A DNA stretch of 54,303 nucleotides, from positions 1 through 54,303 of IMG/VR virus record IMGVR_UViG_3300032313_000663. One strand, written 5' to 3'. Under the pieces are notes generated by a model that was not told the origin of the DNA, searched no databases, and saw nothing but the letters and a program-made list of their open reading frames with translations. Every line of letters starts with the position of its first letter. Position 1 is the first letter of the stretch. This document shows, piece by piece, positions 17,118-25,778 of this stretch. A program made the translations under genes and the position numbers. This stretch comes from a virus (lineage: Duplodnaviria > Caudoviricetes).

Positions 17118-17858
17118 GTGAACGCCACCATCACCAGCTACACCGTCGATCAGGCCTTCTCCGCTCTTGACGCACTCAAGGCTATCAAGCCGAAGCACGA
17201 CACCATCTCGTCCTTCAGGGACGGTTTTGTGTTCTGCCCGGACGCTCAAGTGTCTGCCGCTTATCAAGCCGCTGCCAAGCGGCTCTTCGAGGTCGCCAAC
17301 TACTTCTACGCCACGTCGACCGGCTTCAAGTCTTTGAACGACTGCCTCGACGCTCAGGGGCACGGCTACCGCCCGACCTTCAACGAGGAGGGCGGCAGGG
17401 ACCGCGAGACGGTGTTTCTCGCCGAGGTGTACGATCTCGTCGCTGAGGCTCGTGGCCTGCCCCTCCGGGCCTACCGGCCGCAGCAGGCCAAGCCGGAGCC
17501 CAAGCCCGCCCTGACGCTCCAGTCGCTCAAGGCGAATCTCAAGCACCTCCGTGACGAGGCTCGCCGCGACGCCAAGTCGATCGATGCACGGTTCTTCCGT
17601 TCGAGCGGCACCGAGGTTCGCTTCGGCGGCGACGCCGACGTCGACTACTGCTTCGTTGGAGAGTGGAACGGCACTCTCAAGCAACTCAAGAGTCTGGCCG
17701 AGGACTGCCAGAGCCGGGGCGGCAAGATCGTGAGCCTCAGCGGGCACTGGAAGTGCGGCGACAACCTCGAAGACATCTTCGACCCGACCGACTGCGAGTG
17801 GGAAGTCAACCTGACCCCTGACGAGATTCTGGCGATCGGCAAGCGGTCCGCGTCATAG
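17118..17858 (+). CDS. Hypothetical protein
   Basis: AAAGGAGCTACCAGTG leader; 246 aa. Confidence 0.75.
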   Translation: MNATITSYTVDQAFSALDALKAIKPKHDTISSFRDGFVFCPDAQVSAAYQAAAKRLFEVANYFYATSTGFKSLNDCLDAQGHGYRPTFNEEGGRDRETVFLAEVYDLVAEARGLPLRAYRPQQAKPEPKPALTLQSLKANLKHLRDEARRDAKSIDARFFRSSGTEVRFGGDADVDYCFVGEWNGTLKQLKSLAEDCQSRGGKIVSLSGHWKCGDNLEDIFDPTDCEWEVNLTPDEILAIGKRSAS

Positions 17859-17861
17859 CAC

Positions 17862-17890
17862 TTGACAGTCTGCTGACGTCAGCATATACT
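17862..17890 (+). promoter_or_regulatory. Sigma70-type promoter with operator
   Basis: TTGACA-17-TATACT; perfect palindrome TGCTGACGTCAGCA at 17871-17884. Confidence 0.85.
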
Positions 17891-17932
17891 CCGTGGACAA
17901 GTGAACGACACCTTCGAGCAAAGGAGCTACCC

Positions 17933-18262
17933 GTGAACAACATCAATCAACTCGCCGCGACCCTTGGCCTAACCATCGAGGAGTTCTACCGCGTCGAGGG
18001 CGACTGCCACCCGACGCTTCTCAGTGCGGTGAAGGCCGACGGCGTCGTCGCCCTGTACGCGAGAGACGCCGAAGGGCTGCTCGAAGGGTTGCTCAGCCTT
18101 AGCGACGACGAGCCGACCGGCTGCATCGACTGCGGCGACGTGGGCAACCACGTCCGCGACGACTGGGAGTTGCTCGACGGCAAGCGGCTGTGCTGCCACT
18201 GTGCCAGCGACCGGCTCAGCGACGGCGGCGTTCCACAAGACTGGCAGTTCGACGGCGAGTGA
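17933..18262 (+). CDS. Hypothetical protein with CxxC pair
   Basis: CIDC...CCHC; conserved leader. Confidence 0.7.
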   Translation: MNNINQLAATLGLTIEEFYRVEGDCHPTLLSAVKADGVVALYARDAEGLLEGLLSLSDDEPTGCIDCGDVGNHVRDDWELLDGKRLCCHCASDRLSDGGVPQDWQFDGE

Positions 18263-18306
18263 TCGAGACTTGAATCCCAACACACCACCAACCAGAGGAG
18301 ACTCCC

Positions 18307-18807
18307 GTGAACATCAGCATCTCAATCTGCCCGGCAAGTCTTGAGTTCGACAACGGCGACACCTATCACGAGGGACGGCTGCTCGCTGCCATTCGAGAGT
18401 TCATCGAGAAGAAGTACCCCGGCGCGACGATCTCGTGCCTCCAGATCGGCGACCGTCAGGGCGAATCGTTTGCGATCGTTGACGGCAGTCACGACGCTGG
18501 CGACGACTTGCTGGTGGAGTTCTACGAGAAGCACGGCAACGACGAAGACTTGTTTGTGGAGGACGAGGACGCCGAGCTTCGCCAGACCGGCATCGGCCTG
18601 TCGGCGGAGACTCTGTGCAACCTGAGCGGGCTCTCGCTCGAAGACTGGGGACTCGACGAGGACACCACGGTGATCGTGTTCCCCGGCAAGATCAACGCCA
18701 CGACGGCGTCTGGCTTGGGCATCCCCAACATCGCGGCAGGGGACGAGGCCTTGGAGAAGAAGGTCTGGGCGGCGGCGGTCAAGTGGCTGAAGGGAGGTGA
18801 CCAGTGA
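18307..18807 (+). CDS. Acidic hypothetical protein
   Basis: GAGGAGACTCCCGTG leader. Confidence 0.7.
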   Translation: MNISISICPASLEFDNGDTYHEGRLLAAIREFIEKKYPGATISCLQIGDRQGESFAIVDGSHDAGDDLLVEFYEKHGNDEDLFVEDEDAELRQTGIGLSAETLCNLSGLSLEDWGLDEDTTVIVFPGKINATTASGLGIPNIAAGDEALEKKVWAAAVKWLKGGDQ

Positions 18808-19010
18808 GCGACAACGAAACCAACGACGACATCGCGTGGCGGCTCCTGCGGGAGGCTCGCTACGCCAAGCCGAGCCGGAAGGTCGAGGCGTGCCACCGGG
18901 CGGCGGCGTGGCTCGACGAGGGTCCGTGCGACGACGACGGGCTCCTCGACGAGATGCACGCGGAACTGGCGGAGATCGAGTTAGCAATCCCAGAGTGGCA
19001 AAGGAGGTGA
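18804..19010 (+). CDS. Hypothetical protein
   Basis: Flanked by the direct repeat GGAGGTGACCAGTGA. Confidence 0.65.
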   Translation: MSDNETNDDIAWRLLREARYAKPSRKVEACHRAAAWLDEGPCDDDGLLDEMHAELAEIELAIPEWQRR

Positions 19011-19013
19011 CCA

Positions 19014-19319
19014 GTGACCGCAACACGTAAGTTTCTGGACGGCCTCGTCGAGGCCCGGCTGGTGGACGAAGAAATCTGGGCAGTGACGTGCAAGGGCATC
19101 GAGTTGGGCACGATCGAGCATCACCGGGGAGACCGGGACTGGATCGCGACCAATCGGTGGGAGATTCACGGCAGCAGGGTGAAGTACGGCTTCGCCGGTA
19201 CTCACCTGATGCACCGCTACTCTCACGGGTTCAACACTCTTGAGAGTGCCGTTACGGAACTGTGCCGGTGGAAGTCTGGAATGCTCATCACCCTCTTACC
19301 TGAAGGAGACGACAAGTGA
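19014..19319 (+). CDS. Hypothetical protein
   Basis: AAGGAGGT RBS. Confidence 0.65.
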   Translation: MTATRKFLDGLVEARLVDEEIWAVTCKGIELGTIEHHRGDRDWIATNRWEIHGSRVKYGFAGTHLMHRYSHGFNTLESAVTELCRWKSGMLITLLPEGDDK

Positions 19320-19585
19320 ACACCGTCTACACCCCTGAAGCCCTTGAGCGAAGCGTTGCCAAGGGCAAGTACAAGACTTGCCTCTTGCGAGACCTCAGTA
19401 AGACCGACACCGACGACGCGTTCGTCTTCGTGTTTCCGTCGCCTGACTTGATCAACGCCGAGAACGGCGACGGCAACTTCCTCGAAGTCTGGGACTACGA
19501 CCGCGACCTGTCGAGCGTCACCACGAGCCGTGGCGACATCGCGACCACGCCCGAGACCGTCATCTACTACACGTGGGAGGACTGA
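19316..19585 (+). CDS. Hypothetical protein
   Basis: AAGGAG RBS; GTGA overlap. Confidence 0.65.
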   Translation: MNTVYTPEALERSVAKGKYKTCLLRDLSKTDTDDAFVFVFPSPDLINAENGDGNFLEVWDYDRDLSSVTTSRGDIATTPETVIYYTWED

Positions 19586-19587
19586 GC

Positions 19588-19791
19588 ATGAAGAAGTGGA
19601 GAGTCCGTAGCTGGAAGACTCACAACGCCAGAACCCTTCGAGGGGCGGTGATCAAGCTCATGGTTCACAACGAGGTGATCGCGGCACAGATCAAGACCGA
19701 TGCGTTGCGTTTTTTCTACGAGAAGCACCCGGAGGATCGCGACGGGCTGACCGTCACGGCGTCTCCGCTGAAAGTGAGGACAGGGACATGA
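19588..19791 (+). CDS. Hypothetical protein
   Basis: GGAGG RBS. Confidence 0.6.
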   Translation: MKKWRVRSWKTHNARTLRGAVIKLMVHNEVIAAQIKTDALRFFYEKHPEDRDGLTVTASPLKVRTGT

Positions 19792-20060
19792 GCAACGAAT
19801 TCATCACGACTGACCACGCCTACGACACGCTCGACTTGCTGCGGCGCAGCGTCGAAGACTTAACGTCGCTCCGGCGGATTCTCCGCCGCGCACGGCGTCA
19901 GGGCAAAAGCGTTCACCCCGGCAAGTCTCGTGAGACGCTCTCGTCGTGCATTGCCGACCTGATTGAGTCTTGCGCCCACCTGTCGCAGGGCGACGACGCC
20001 GACCGGATCGATTTGAGCAAGGAACTGGCGGCACGCATCATCAAGGAGGACTTGCAGTGA
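19788..20060 (+). CDS. Hypothetical protein
   Basis: ATGA overlap. Confidence 0.6.
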   Translation: MSNEFITTDHAYDTLDLLRRSVEDLTSLRRILRRARRQGKSVHPGKSRETLSSCIADLIESCAHLSQGDDADRIDLSKELAARIIKEDLQ

Positions 20061-20284
20061 GCAACGACGACCGCCTGACGGGAGACGATCAGCAACTTCT
20101 GGACGATTGCGTTAACCACTTGCGGGGCACCATCCGACTGCGGGTGCCGGTCAGCATCTGCGGCTCAGTCCGTACTTGGATGCACAGGTACCTCGTCGGC
20201 GTGGGCTTGCTGTGGGGACAAGCTGCCGAGACAAACGAATACGAGAGACTTGTTTCTCTGGTCAAGCAAAGGGTCGAAGCATGA
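20057..20284 (+). CDS. Hypothetical protein
   Basis: AAGGAGG RBS; GTGA overlap. Confidence 0.6.
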   Translation: MSNDDRLTGDDQQLLDDCVNHLRGTIRLRVPVSICGSVRTWMHRYLVGVGLLWGQAAETNEYERLVSLVKQRVEA

Positions 20285-20583
20285 GTCTCCCCCTCTATCC
20301 CGGTGCATCTCCGTGCGTCGGATCAGGCTACTGCTGCAAGGTGCGTCCGTGCCCGTTTGGCGAGGGGACGCCGTGCGTGCATCTCGTGCCGGTCGACGGG
20401 CTGCGGTACACGTGCGGCATCGCGGAGGAGATCATGACGAAGCCGGGATGGGAACTCTCGCCAGCGTTCGGCGCGGGCTGCTCGTCGACGCTTTTCAACT
20501 CTGACCGAGACCGGATAATTCGCTTGGCTCGCCAGCACAGTACGGATACCATCACCACAACCATAGAAAGGACAATCGAGTGA
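20281..20583 (+). CDS. Cys-rich putative metal-binding protein
   Basis: CVGSGYCCKVRPC...CVHL...YTCG...GAGCSS. Confidence 0.7.
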   Translation: MSLPLYPGASPCVGSGYCCKVRPCPFGEGTPCVHLVPVDGLRYTCGIAEEIMTKPGWELSPAFGAGCSSTLFNSDRDRIIRLARQHSTDTITTTIERTIE

Positions 20584-20966
20584 GAAAGAAACGCACAGTC
20601 GCCAAACAGGTCAACGACCCCCTGAAGTACGTGCGGGAGTTCGCACCGTCGCTCACGGTGGCACGGGCAAGTCTCCTGCCGTTTGAAGACCTGATCATGG
20701 CCGAGTCTGCCGGGCCTCAGAACGGCGACCCGGAGGAGCCCTACTTCGAGATCACGATCGACACGATCCAGTACGGCCCCGACGCACGTGTTCTGGCTCA
20801 CGTGACGGCGGAGGCCGTGACAATGACCATCGTCGAACTGCTGTTCGACGAGGACGGAGAAGTCGAAGACGATTTCGAGATGGACTCTTGGAAGTGCAGC
20901 CTCGAAGGGCTGTGGGAGTATCTGCGGCAACTGCCACGCCCTGCCCGATCGTTTTGCCGCCGTTGA
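20580..20966 (+). CDS. Acidic hypothetical protein
   Basis: AAAGGA RBS. Confidence 0.65.
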   Translation: MRKKRTVAKQVNDPLKYVREFAPSLTVARASLLPFEDLIMAESAGPQNGDPEEPYFEITIDTIQYGPDARVLAHVTAEAVTMTIVELLFDEDGEVEDDFEMDSWKCSLEGLWEYLRQLPRPARSFCRR

Positions 20967-21013
20967 TTTAATCGGCCGACATCGTAACAATAACGTCAGA
21001 GGAGACCCATATC

Positions 21014-21307
21014 GTGACCGCACCACTTGTCACTCCGCCGATCGCCAAACTCGTGTTGACTCGCGAGGCTGCAAAGATTCTCGAATGCTCCATGCGTCAG
21101 GTTCGCGCTCTTGCCGTTGCTGGCAAGATCAAGTCGTGGCCGCTTGGCCCGAAGTCTTTCGCGTATGACCTCGAAGAGCTACAGGCTCGCAAGTCCACGC
21201 TCGCCGCTGGCCGGAAAGCCGGGACGATCCGGGGGGCACTGCCGCAGGGATTTAAGGCCGACATCGCCCCGCAAGACCGGGTCAAGAAGAAGGCCAAGAA
21301 AAAATAA
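21014..21307 (+). CDS. Excisionase-like HTH DNA-binding protein with basic tail
   Basis: LTREAAKILECSMRQVRALAVAGKI. Confidence 0.8.
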   Translation: MTAPLVTPPIAKLVLTREAAKILECSMRQVRALAVAGKIKSWPLGPKSFAYDLEELQARKSTLAAGRKAGTIRGALPQGFKADIAPQDRVKKKAKKK

Positions 21308-21309
21308 TC

Positions 21310-21340
21310 GCAAAACCCCTGTTTTCACGGGGGTTTCTGC
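21310..21340. terminator. Hairpin just before the duplicated promoter
   Basis: GCAAAACCCCTG...CGGGGGTTTCTGC. Confidence 0.5.
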
Positions 21341-21343
21341 CTA

Positions 21344-21372
21344 TTGACAATAGACTGAGGTCCGTATACCAT
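21344..21372 (+). promoter_or_regulatory. Sigma70-type promoter with operator (near duplicate of 10344)
   Basis: TTGACA-17-TACCAT; ACTGAGGTCCGT; followed by the same AGGGGCACAGTC. Confidence 0.85.
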
Positions 21373-21414
21373 AGGGGCACAGTCAAACGACACCTCGAAC
21401 CAAAGGAGCCTCCC

Positions 21415-22185
21415 GTGAACGCCAACTTCTTCCGCAACTCGACGCTTGAGAAGCCAGCCAAGAACCGCCGCTGCCCGTGCAGCCGCTGTGGCGGCAGTGG
21501 CATCTTCTACATTCACGGCACGTGCTTCCGCTGCGGCGGAAGCAGAGTCGATCCCACCTATCTGACATGGGCCTACCCCGCCGCGTGGACCGACGAGCAG
21601 TGTCAGGCTCACGTTGACTCGCTTAACGCCAAGAACGCCGCCGCCCGCGACCGGGCTGCTGCCAAGAAGAAGGCCAAGACCGACGCGATCTACTCCGCCA
21701 ACGTCGCCCGCTGCCCGGCTCTGGCCCGGCTCACAGACGACGACTTCCGGGGCCAGTTCGACGGCTTCGTGATCGACATCCGGGCCAAGTCTTTCTCGTT
21801 CGCCCTGTCCGATCGTCAGGCTGACGCCCTGACGCGGGCCGTCGAGGCTAAGGACGCGTTCCTTGCCCGGCGGGCGGCTCAGAAGGCCGAGGCGATCGCC
21901 AACGCCAAGCCGATCCCGGCAGGGCGTGTCGAGATCGAGGGCACGGTCCTGTCGATCAAGGAGTACAGCCTGACCGTCGGCTACAACACGAACGTCACGA
22001 GCCTCAAGGCTCTGATCCAGTGCGACGGCTACAAGCTGTTTGGCACCTTGCCCGCCAGCATCGTCGAGGAAGCCAAGGTGGGCGACCGGGTCAGCCTGAC
22101 CGCGACCGTGAAGGAGAAGGAAGCTGGCTTCGGCACCTACAGCCGTCCGACCGGCGGCGAGATTCTGGTGCCCGTCACCGCTTGA
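21415..22185 (+). CDS. Zinc-finger plus putative OB-fold protein
   Basis: CSRCGGSG...CFRCGGS; C-terminal GRVEIEGTVLSIK...GDRVSLTATV. Confidence 0.75.
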   Translation: MNANFFRNSTLEKPAKNRRCPCSRCGGSGIFYIHGTCFRCGGSRVDPTYLTWAYPAAWTDEQCQAHVDSLNAKNAAARDRAAAKKKAKTDAIYSANVARCPALARLTDDDFRGQFDGFVIDIRAKSFSFALSDRQADALTRAVEAKDAFLARRAAQKAEAIANAKPIPAGRVEIEGTVLSIKEYSLTVGYNTNVTSLKALIQCDGYKLFGTLPASIVEEAKVGDRVSLTATVKEKEAGFGTYSRPTGGEILVPVTA

Positions 22186-22239
22186 CCGAATTGTCTGGAC
22201 TCGTTTACCATCCCACCCCCAACGAAGGAGAGATCACCG

Positions 22240-22653
22240 ATGAGCTTCACAGCATTCCACTGCACGTGCCAGAAGTGCGGCAAGCGGTTCTGGGCTTACC
22301 CCAACCGCAAGGGGTCGAGCGGCACCTATCCAAAGTTCTGCTCGCGTGCCTGCTACACGGCAGACGTGAAGCAGACGGCGGAGTGCAACCGTCTCAGGCG
22401 TGAGCGGAAAGAGCAGTCGACCGTTCGCGTCCCGGCCAAGTTCTACAGAGATCACGACGAGCGCGGCTGCGAGCCGGTCAAGAGGTCGAGCCGGTTCGTC
22501 TGGCTTCTGCCATCCGATCCCGGCCTCGATGAACTGCTCGACGACGCACGGCACTATGCAGACCCGGACTCATTCGGCAGCGAGTACGCAGACCTGAGAC
22601 GGTCCGCAGCGGCGACGGTCAAGGCGATCGAGGCGGCGAAGGTCAGCAAGTAA
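22240..22653 (+). CDS. Zinc-finger hypothetical protein
   Basis: CQKCGKRF...KFCSRAC. Confidence 0.7.
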   Translation: MSFTAFHCTCQKCGKRFWAYPNRKGSSGTYPKFCSRACYTADVKQTAECNRLRRERKEQSTVRVPAKFYRDHDERGCEPVKRSSRFVWLLPSDPGLDELLDDARHYADPDSFGSEYADLRRSAAATVKAIEAAKVSK

Positions 22654-22679
22654 CACCACCAACAGCAAAGGGGCTACCA

Positions 22680-22934
22680 GTGAACAGCTACGCAATCATC
22701 AACGACACGGCGGTCCTCGATCAGGCCCTGAGCCTCTGCCGAGGCAGCTACCAGCGTGACATCCTCTTGGGTCGCGAGTCTCTGTCTGGCTCGACGCTCA
22801 AGGGAAAGGCCAAGGGCTACGGCGGCAGATATAAGGCGTCCGCCGCCTCGATCTTGCGGAAGTGCCAACTCGCCGGTCTCGCGGTTCGCGAGGAGGCCGG
22901 TCTGCGGGGCAAGCGACTCGTCGTCGTCGGTTAG
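22680..22934 (+). CDS. Hypothetical protein
   Basis: AAAGGGGCTACCAGTG leader. Confidence 0.7.
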   Translation: MNSYAIINDTAVLDQALSLCRGSYQRDILLGRESLSGSTLKGKAKGYGGRYKASAASILRKCQLAGLAVREEAGLRGKRLVVVG

Positions 22935-22972
22935 TACGGACTCATTCACCCTCAACGGCAAAGGAGACACCA

Positions 22973-23272
22973 GTGAACATCGTTTTAGACGCCGACACGA
23001 GCGACTGCCCCGGTGCGATCTGCAAGGTGCTGAACTCGACCGAGTCACGCTCGATCCTCGTGCAGCAAGACACCGACGCGCCGGGCGTGGCGTCTGCATT
23101 CGGTTGGTCGCCCCGGTACGTGACGTCGATCGCGGGGTGCAGGCACCTCACGACCGACGGCACGGTCGACTGCCAAGAGTGCGGCGTGAAGGCGATCCAG
23201 TTCATCGAGTCTGCGATCGAGTTCTTGAACGACAACGACGGGGCCGTCGCGGACGACCCCGGCTACTTCTAA
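22973..23272 (+). CDS. Hypothetical protein
   Basis: AAAGGAGACACCAGTG leader; TDGTVDCQECG...DPGYF. Confidence 0.7.
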   Translation: MNIVLDADTSDCPGAICKVLNSTESRSILVQQDTDAPGVASAFGWSPRYVTSIAGCRHLTTDGTVDCQECGVKAIQFIESAIEFLNDNDGAVADDPGYF

Positions 23273-23282
23273 GGAGACGCCA

Positions 23283-23642
23283 GTGAAGCTTCCAGATCAT
23301 CTGTCAGTGTTCGAGGGCGACCTGTGGGACAACCGCAGCAAGCCGAGCAGGGTCGTGCGGTCGAGCTACAGCAAGCACGTGCGAGACATCAAGACTGCGG
23401 AAGACGTGAAGGCGTGCCTCCGGGCCGGGCCTTACGCGTGGCCGGGTGGGTATGCGTGCTTCTTCATCACGAGCGACGGTGCGGTGCTGTCGTTCGAGGC
23501 GGCAAAGAAGGGCTTCTTGCAGATCATCTGCTCGCTGAAGGAAGGCGATCACGGCACTGGCTGGCACATCTGCGGTCTGGGCTGCACGGCGGACGAGGAC
23601 GAGACGCCAGTATGCGAACACACGGGCAAGGCAATCGACTAA
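23283..23642 (+). CDS. Conserved phage protein
   Basis: YAWPGGY...FITSDG motif. Confidence 0.75.
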   Translation: MKLPDHLSVFEGDLWDNRSKPSRVVRSSYSKHVRDIKTAEDVKACLRAGPYAWPGGYACFFITSDGAVLSFEAAKKGFLQIICSLKEGDHGTGWHICGLGCTADEDETPVCEHTGKAID

Positions 23643-23654
23643 AGGAGGTGGGCT

Positions 23655-24002
23655 GTGGAGAAGATCGACATCGGTAACGCGACGATCCTGCTCGATGCAG
23701 TGGACACGGACCGCGACGGGCGGACCGTCTACGGCTACTCGATCAGGATCGGTGGAGTCGAGCCGACGCATCAGGCTCGCGACCTGAAAAGCGGCTGTCA
23801 GGGCGGCACGGAGCGGGAGGGACTTGCGAGTCTCCTGTCGTTCCTGTCGGCAGCAGCCGAGTCTCGGCAGTACCGGGAACGGACTGGACGAGAGGGCGAC
23901 AACGAGGACTTGTTCCCGCCGGAGATCGTTGACTGGGCGTGCCAGTACAGCGACGAGATTGCGGTGGCATCGATCGAACTTGAAGGAGGTGACCAGTGTT
24001 GA
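23655..24002 (+). CDS. Hypothetical protein
   Basis: AAGGAGG RBS; SLLSFLSAAAES. Confidence 0.7.
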   Translation: MEKIDIGNATILLDAVDTDRDGRTVYGYSIRIGGVEPTHQARDLKSGCQGGTEREGLASLLSFLSAAAESRQYRERTGREGDNEDLFPPEIVDWACQYSDEIAVASIELEGGDQC

Positions 24003-24256
24003 ATGTTCGCGTCGAACATACGGATACGTTCGCTGGCGAAGCAAACTACGGCTGGGTTCACCGGCACGAGTTTGAGGCGGTCGACAACGCAAGCCGCAGG
24101 ACACTCGTGCGGCGAGCGAAGGCGGAGTGCGGGCTTACGAACGAGCCGTGCGACGTCATTGAATGGGGAGACGAGATCACGATCAAGCCTCGTGGGCTTC
24201 ATCAGATCGTCTTCGTTACTTGTGAGACGAAAGAGGACACCAATGAGCAAGAGTAA
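23996..24256 (+). CDS. Conserved small phage protein
   Basis: TDTFAGEANYGWV...LVRRAK. Confidence 0.75.
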   Translation: MLNVRVEHTDTFAGEANYGWVHRHEFEAVDNASRRTLVRRAKAECGLTNEPCDVIEWGDEITIKPRGLHQIVFVTCETKEDTNEQE

Positions 24257-24614
24257 GAACCTGATCCACGTGATTCACCCGTACTGGGACCAAGGCAGTC
24301 TCGTGTTCGACGACCCGAGCGTGGGGCTCGAAGGCGAGCCGTTCGTTGCCGGTGCCGACATTGCCTTGGGCGTGCTGGCCTCGGCGGTGAAGGGATGCAA
24401 GAAGGAGTTCACTCTCGTGTTCAGCCATCTCGCGTTCCCGGGTCACCAACTGAAGGCGACTCGCGGCAAGGCTGAGGCTGGCGGCTACTGGTATCACTGG
24501 GACGCGATCGGCATCGACGGATGGCTGTGCCCGGCACTGTTCAAGTATTTCGACAAGGCACCCAAGAGCATCTACGTGCAGATCACACCTCGACAAAAGA
24601 AAGAGGTGAAGTAG
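24243..24614 (+). CDS. DUF6717-like protein
   Basis: VFDDPSVGL-EPFVAGAD...GWLCPALFKYF...IY. Confidence 0.75.
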   Translation: MSKSKNLIHVIHPYWDQGSLVFDDPSVGLEGEPFVAGADIALGVLASAVKGCKKEFTLVFSHLAFPGHQLKATRGKAEAGGYWYHWDAIGIDGWLCPALFKYFDKAPKSIYVQITPRQKKEVK

Positions 24615-24916
24615 TGAAACTCGTCAGGGAAGACACGTATCGCGTCAGCGAGCGAGTCCTAATTACTCGCGGCGATCGGTTCACGGCCACGGGAGGGCCA
24701 TATTGGAAGTCGAAGGACGGCACGAAGGTGCCGCTCAAAAGTTACGGACCCTATACGTTCCACGCCCACGTGAAGCGTGGTGCTGTTGAGTGGATCGAGT
24801 GTCTCGACAAAGACGGCTGCTTCGCTGTTCTGCACGTCGCAGGGCGAAGGAAGCGGATCGACGGATCGCTTGTGGCAAGACCCTATACCGTGAAAGGAAA
24901 AAAACGTAGGGCTTGA
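24614..24916 (+). CDS. Basic hypothetical protein
   Basis: TAGTG coupling; GAGG RBS. Confidence 0.65.
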   Translation: MKLVREDTYRVSERVLITRGDRFTATGGPYWKSKDGTKVPLKSYGPYTFHAHVKRGAVEWIECLDKDGCFAVLHVAGRRKRIDGSLVARPYTVKGKKRRA

Positions 24917-24941
24917 CCCAAACTCCTGACCTCCGTACAAT
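24913..24941 (+). promoter_or_regulatory. Sigma70-type promoter with operator
   Basis: TTGACC-17-TACAAT; CCTGACCTCCGT at 24925-24936. Confidence 0.75.
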
Positions 24942-24983
24942 CTTGCAACTGGTTTCAATCACTTTCAATTTAGGAGCAGACAC

Positions 24984-25712
24984 ATGACCTTGATTCTTCA
25001 CTGCGGTGCAAAGGCCGCGACTCGCGAAGAGGTGGACGCCGTTGCCACCCCGGATAGTACGGAAACGTGGACCCCGATCGCGCACGGCGAGATTGCCGAT
25101 GCGGTCGAGCGGTCGCTCATCGGCACGGGGCTCGCCCCGAAGTCGGTGGATTACGGACTGACGAAGGACGGACTGCGTCTGTTCGGGCTGTACACCCTCG
25201 CGGGTGACCATCCTGACTACGCCCTGACGGTGGGTTTCAGGAACAGCCACGATAAGTCGTTTGCGGCAAGTGTGTGCTGTGGCAGTCGAGTGTTCGTGTG
25301 CGACAATCTCGCCTTCGCTGGCGAGGTCACGATCAGCAGCAAGCACACGAAGCATCTGCGGAGCAGGCTGACTCGGATCGTGTCCGAGGCGGTCGAGAAG
25401 CTGACCGTCAAGCGTCAGCTTGTCGAGCGTCGGATTGCTCTCTACAAGGAGACGGAAGTGGCCTCTCAGGCTCACCTCCACGACCTCGTGCTGCGTTCGT
25501 TCCGCGCCGACGCGATCCCGGCTCAGGCGATCAGCAAGGTGATCGCTGAGTTCGAGGCTCCGCGTCACCCGGAGTTCCGCGACTGGAATCTCTGGAACTT
25601 GCAGAACGCGTTCACCGAGACTCTCAAGAGTTACGGCGAAATCGAGCGTCGGACGATCCGGCTCAACGGCGTCCTCGACACCGAGATCGGAGACAAGCTC
25701 CTCGCGGTGTAG
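24984..25712 (+). CDS. DUF932 family protein
   Basis: TWTPIAH, GFRNSHDKS, RVFVCDNL, WNLQNAFTE. Confidence 0.85.
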   Translation: MTLILHCGAKAATREEVDAVATPDSTETWTPIAHGEIADAVERSLIGTGLAPKSVDYGLTKDGLRLFGLYTLAGDHPDYALTVGFRNSHDKSFAASVCCGSRVFVCDNLAFAGEVTISSKHTKHLRSRLTRIVSEAVEKLTVKRQLVERRIALYKETEVASQAHLHDLVLRSFRADAIPAQAISKVIAEFEAPRHPEFRDWNLWNLQNAFTETLKSYGEIERRTIRLNGVLDTEIGDKLLAV

Positions 25713-25778
25713 TCTGGAAGTGTTCACCCGGCGGGCGGCAACTTCGCCCCCGCCGGGCACCATCACGGAGGGAAAATC

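Noticed and set aside
10344-21344. Exact 11,000-bp spacing of the duplicated promoters
   Set aside because: The round number has no mechanistic meaning; treated as coincidence
10300-25000. Recurring intergenic motifs as a CRISPR array
   Set aside because: The repeats are degenerate, separated by whole genes of variable length, and no cas genes are present
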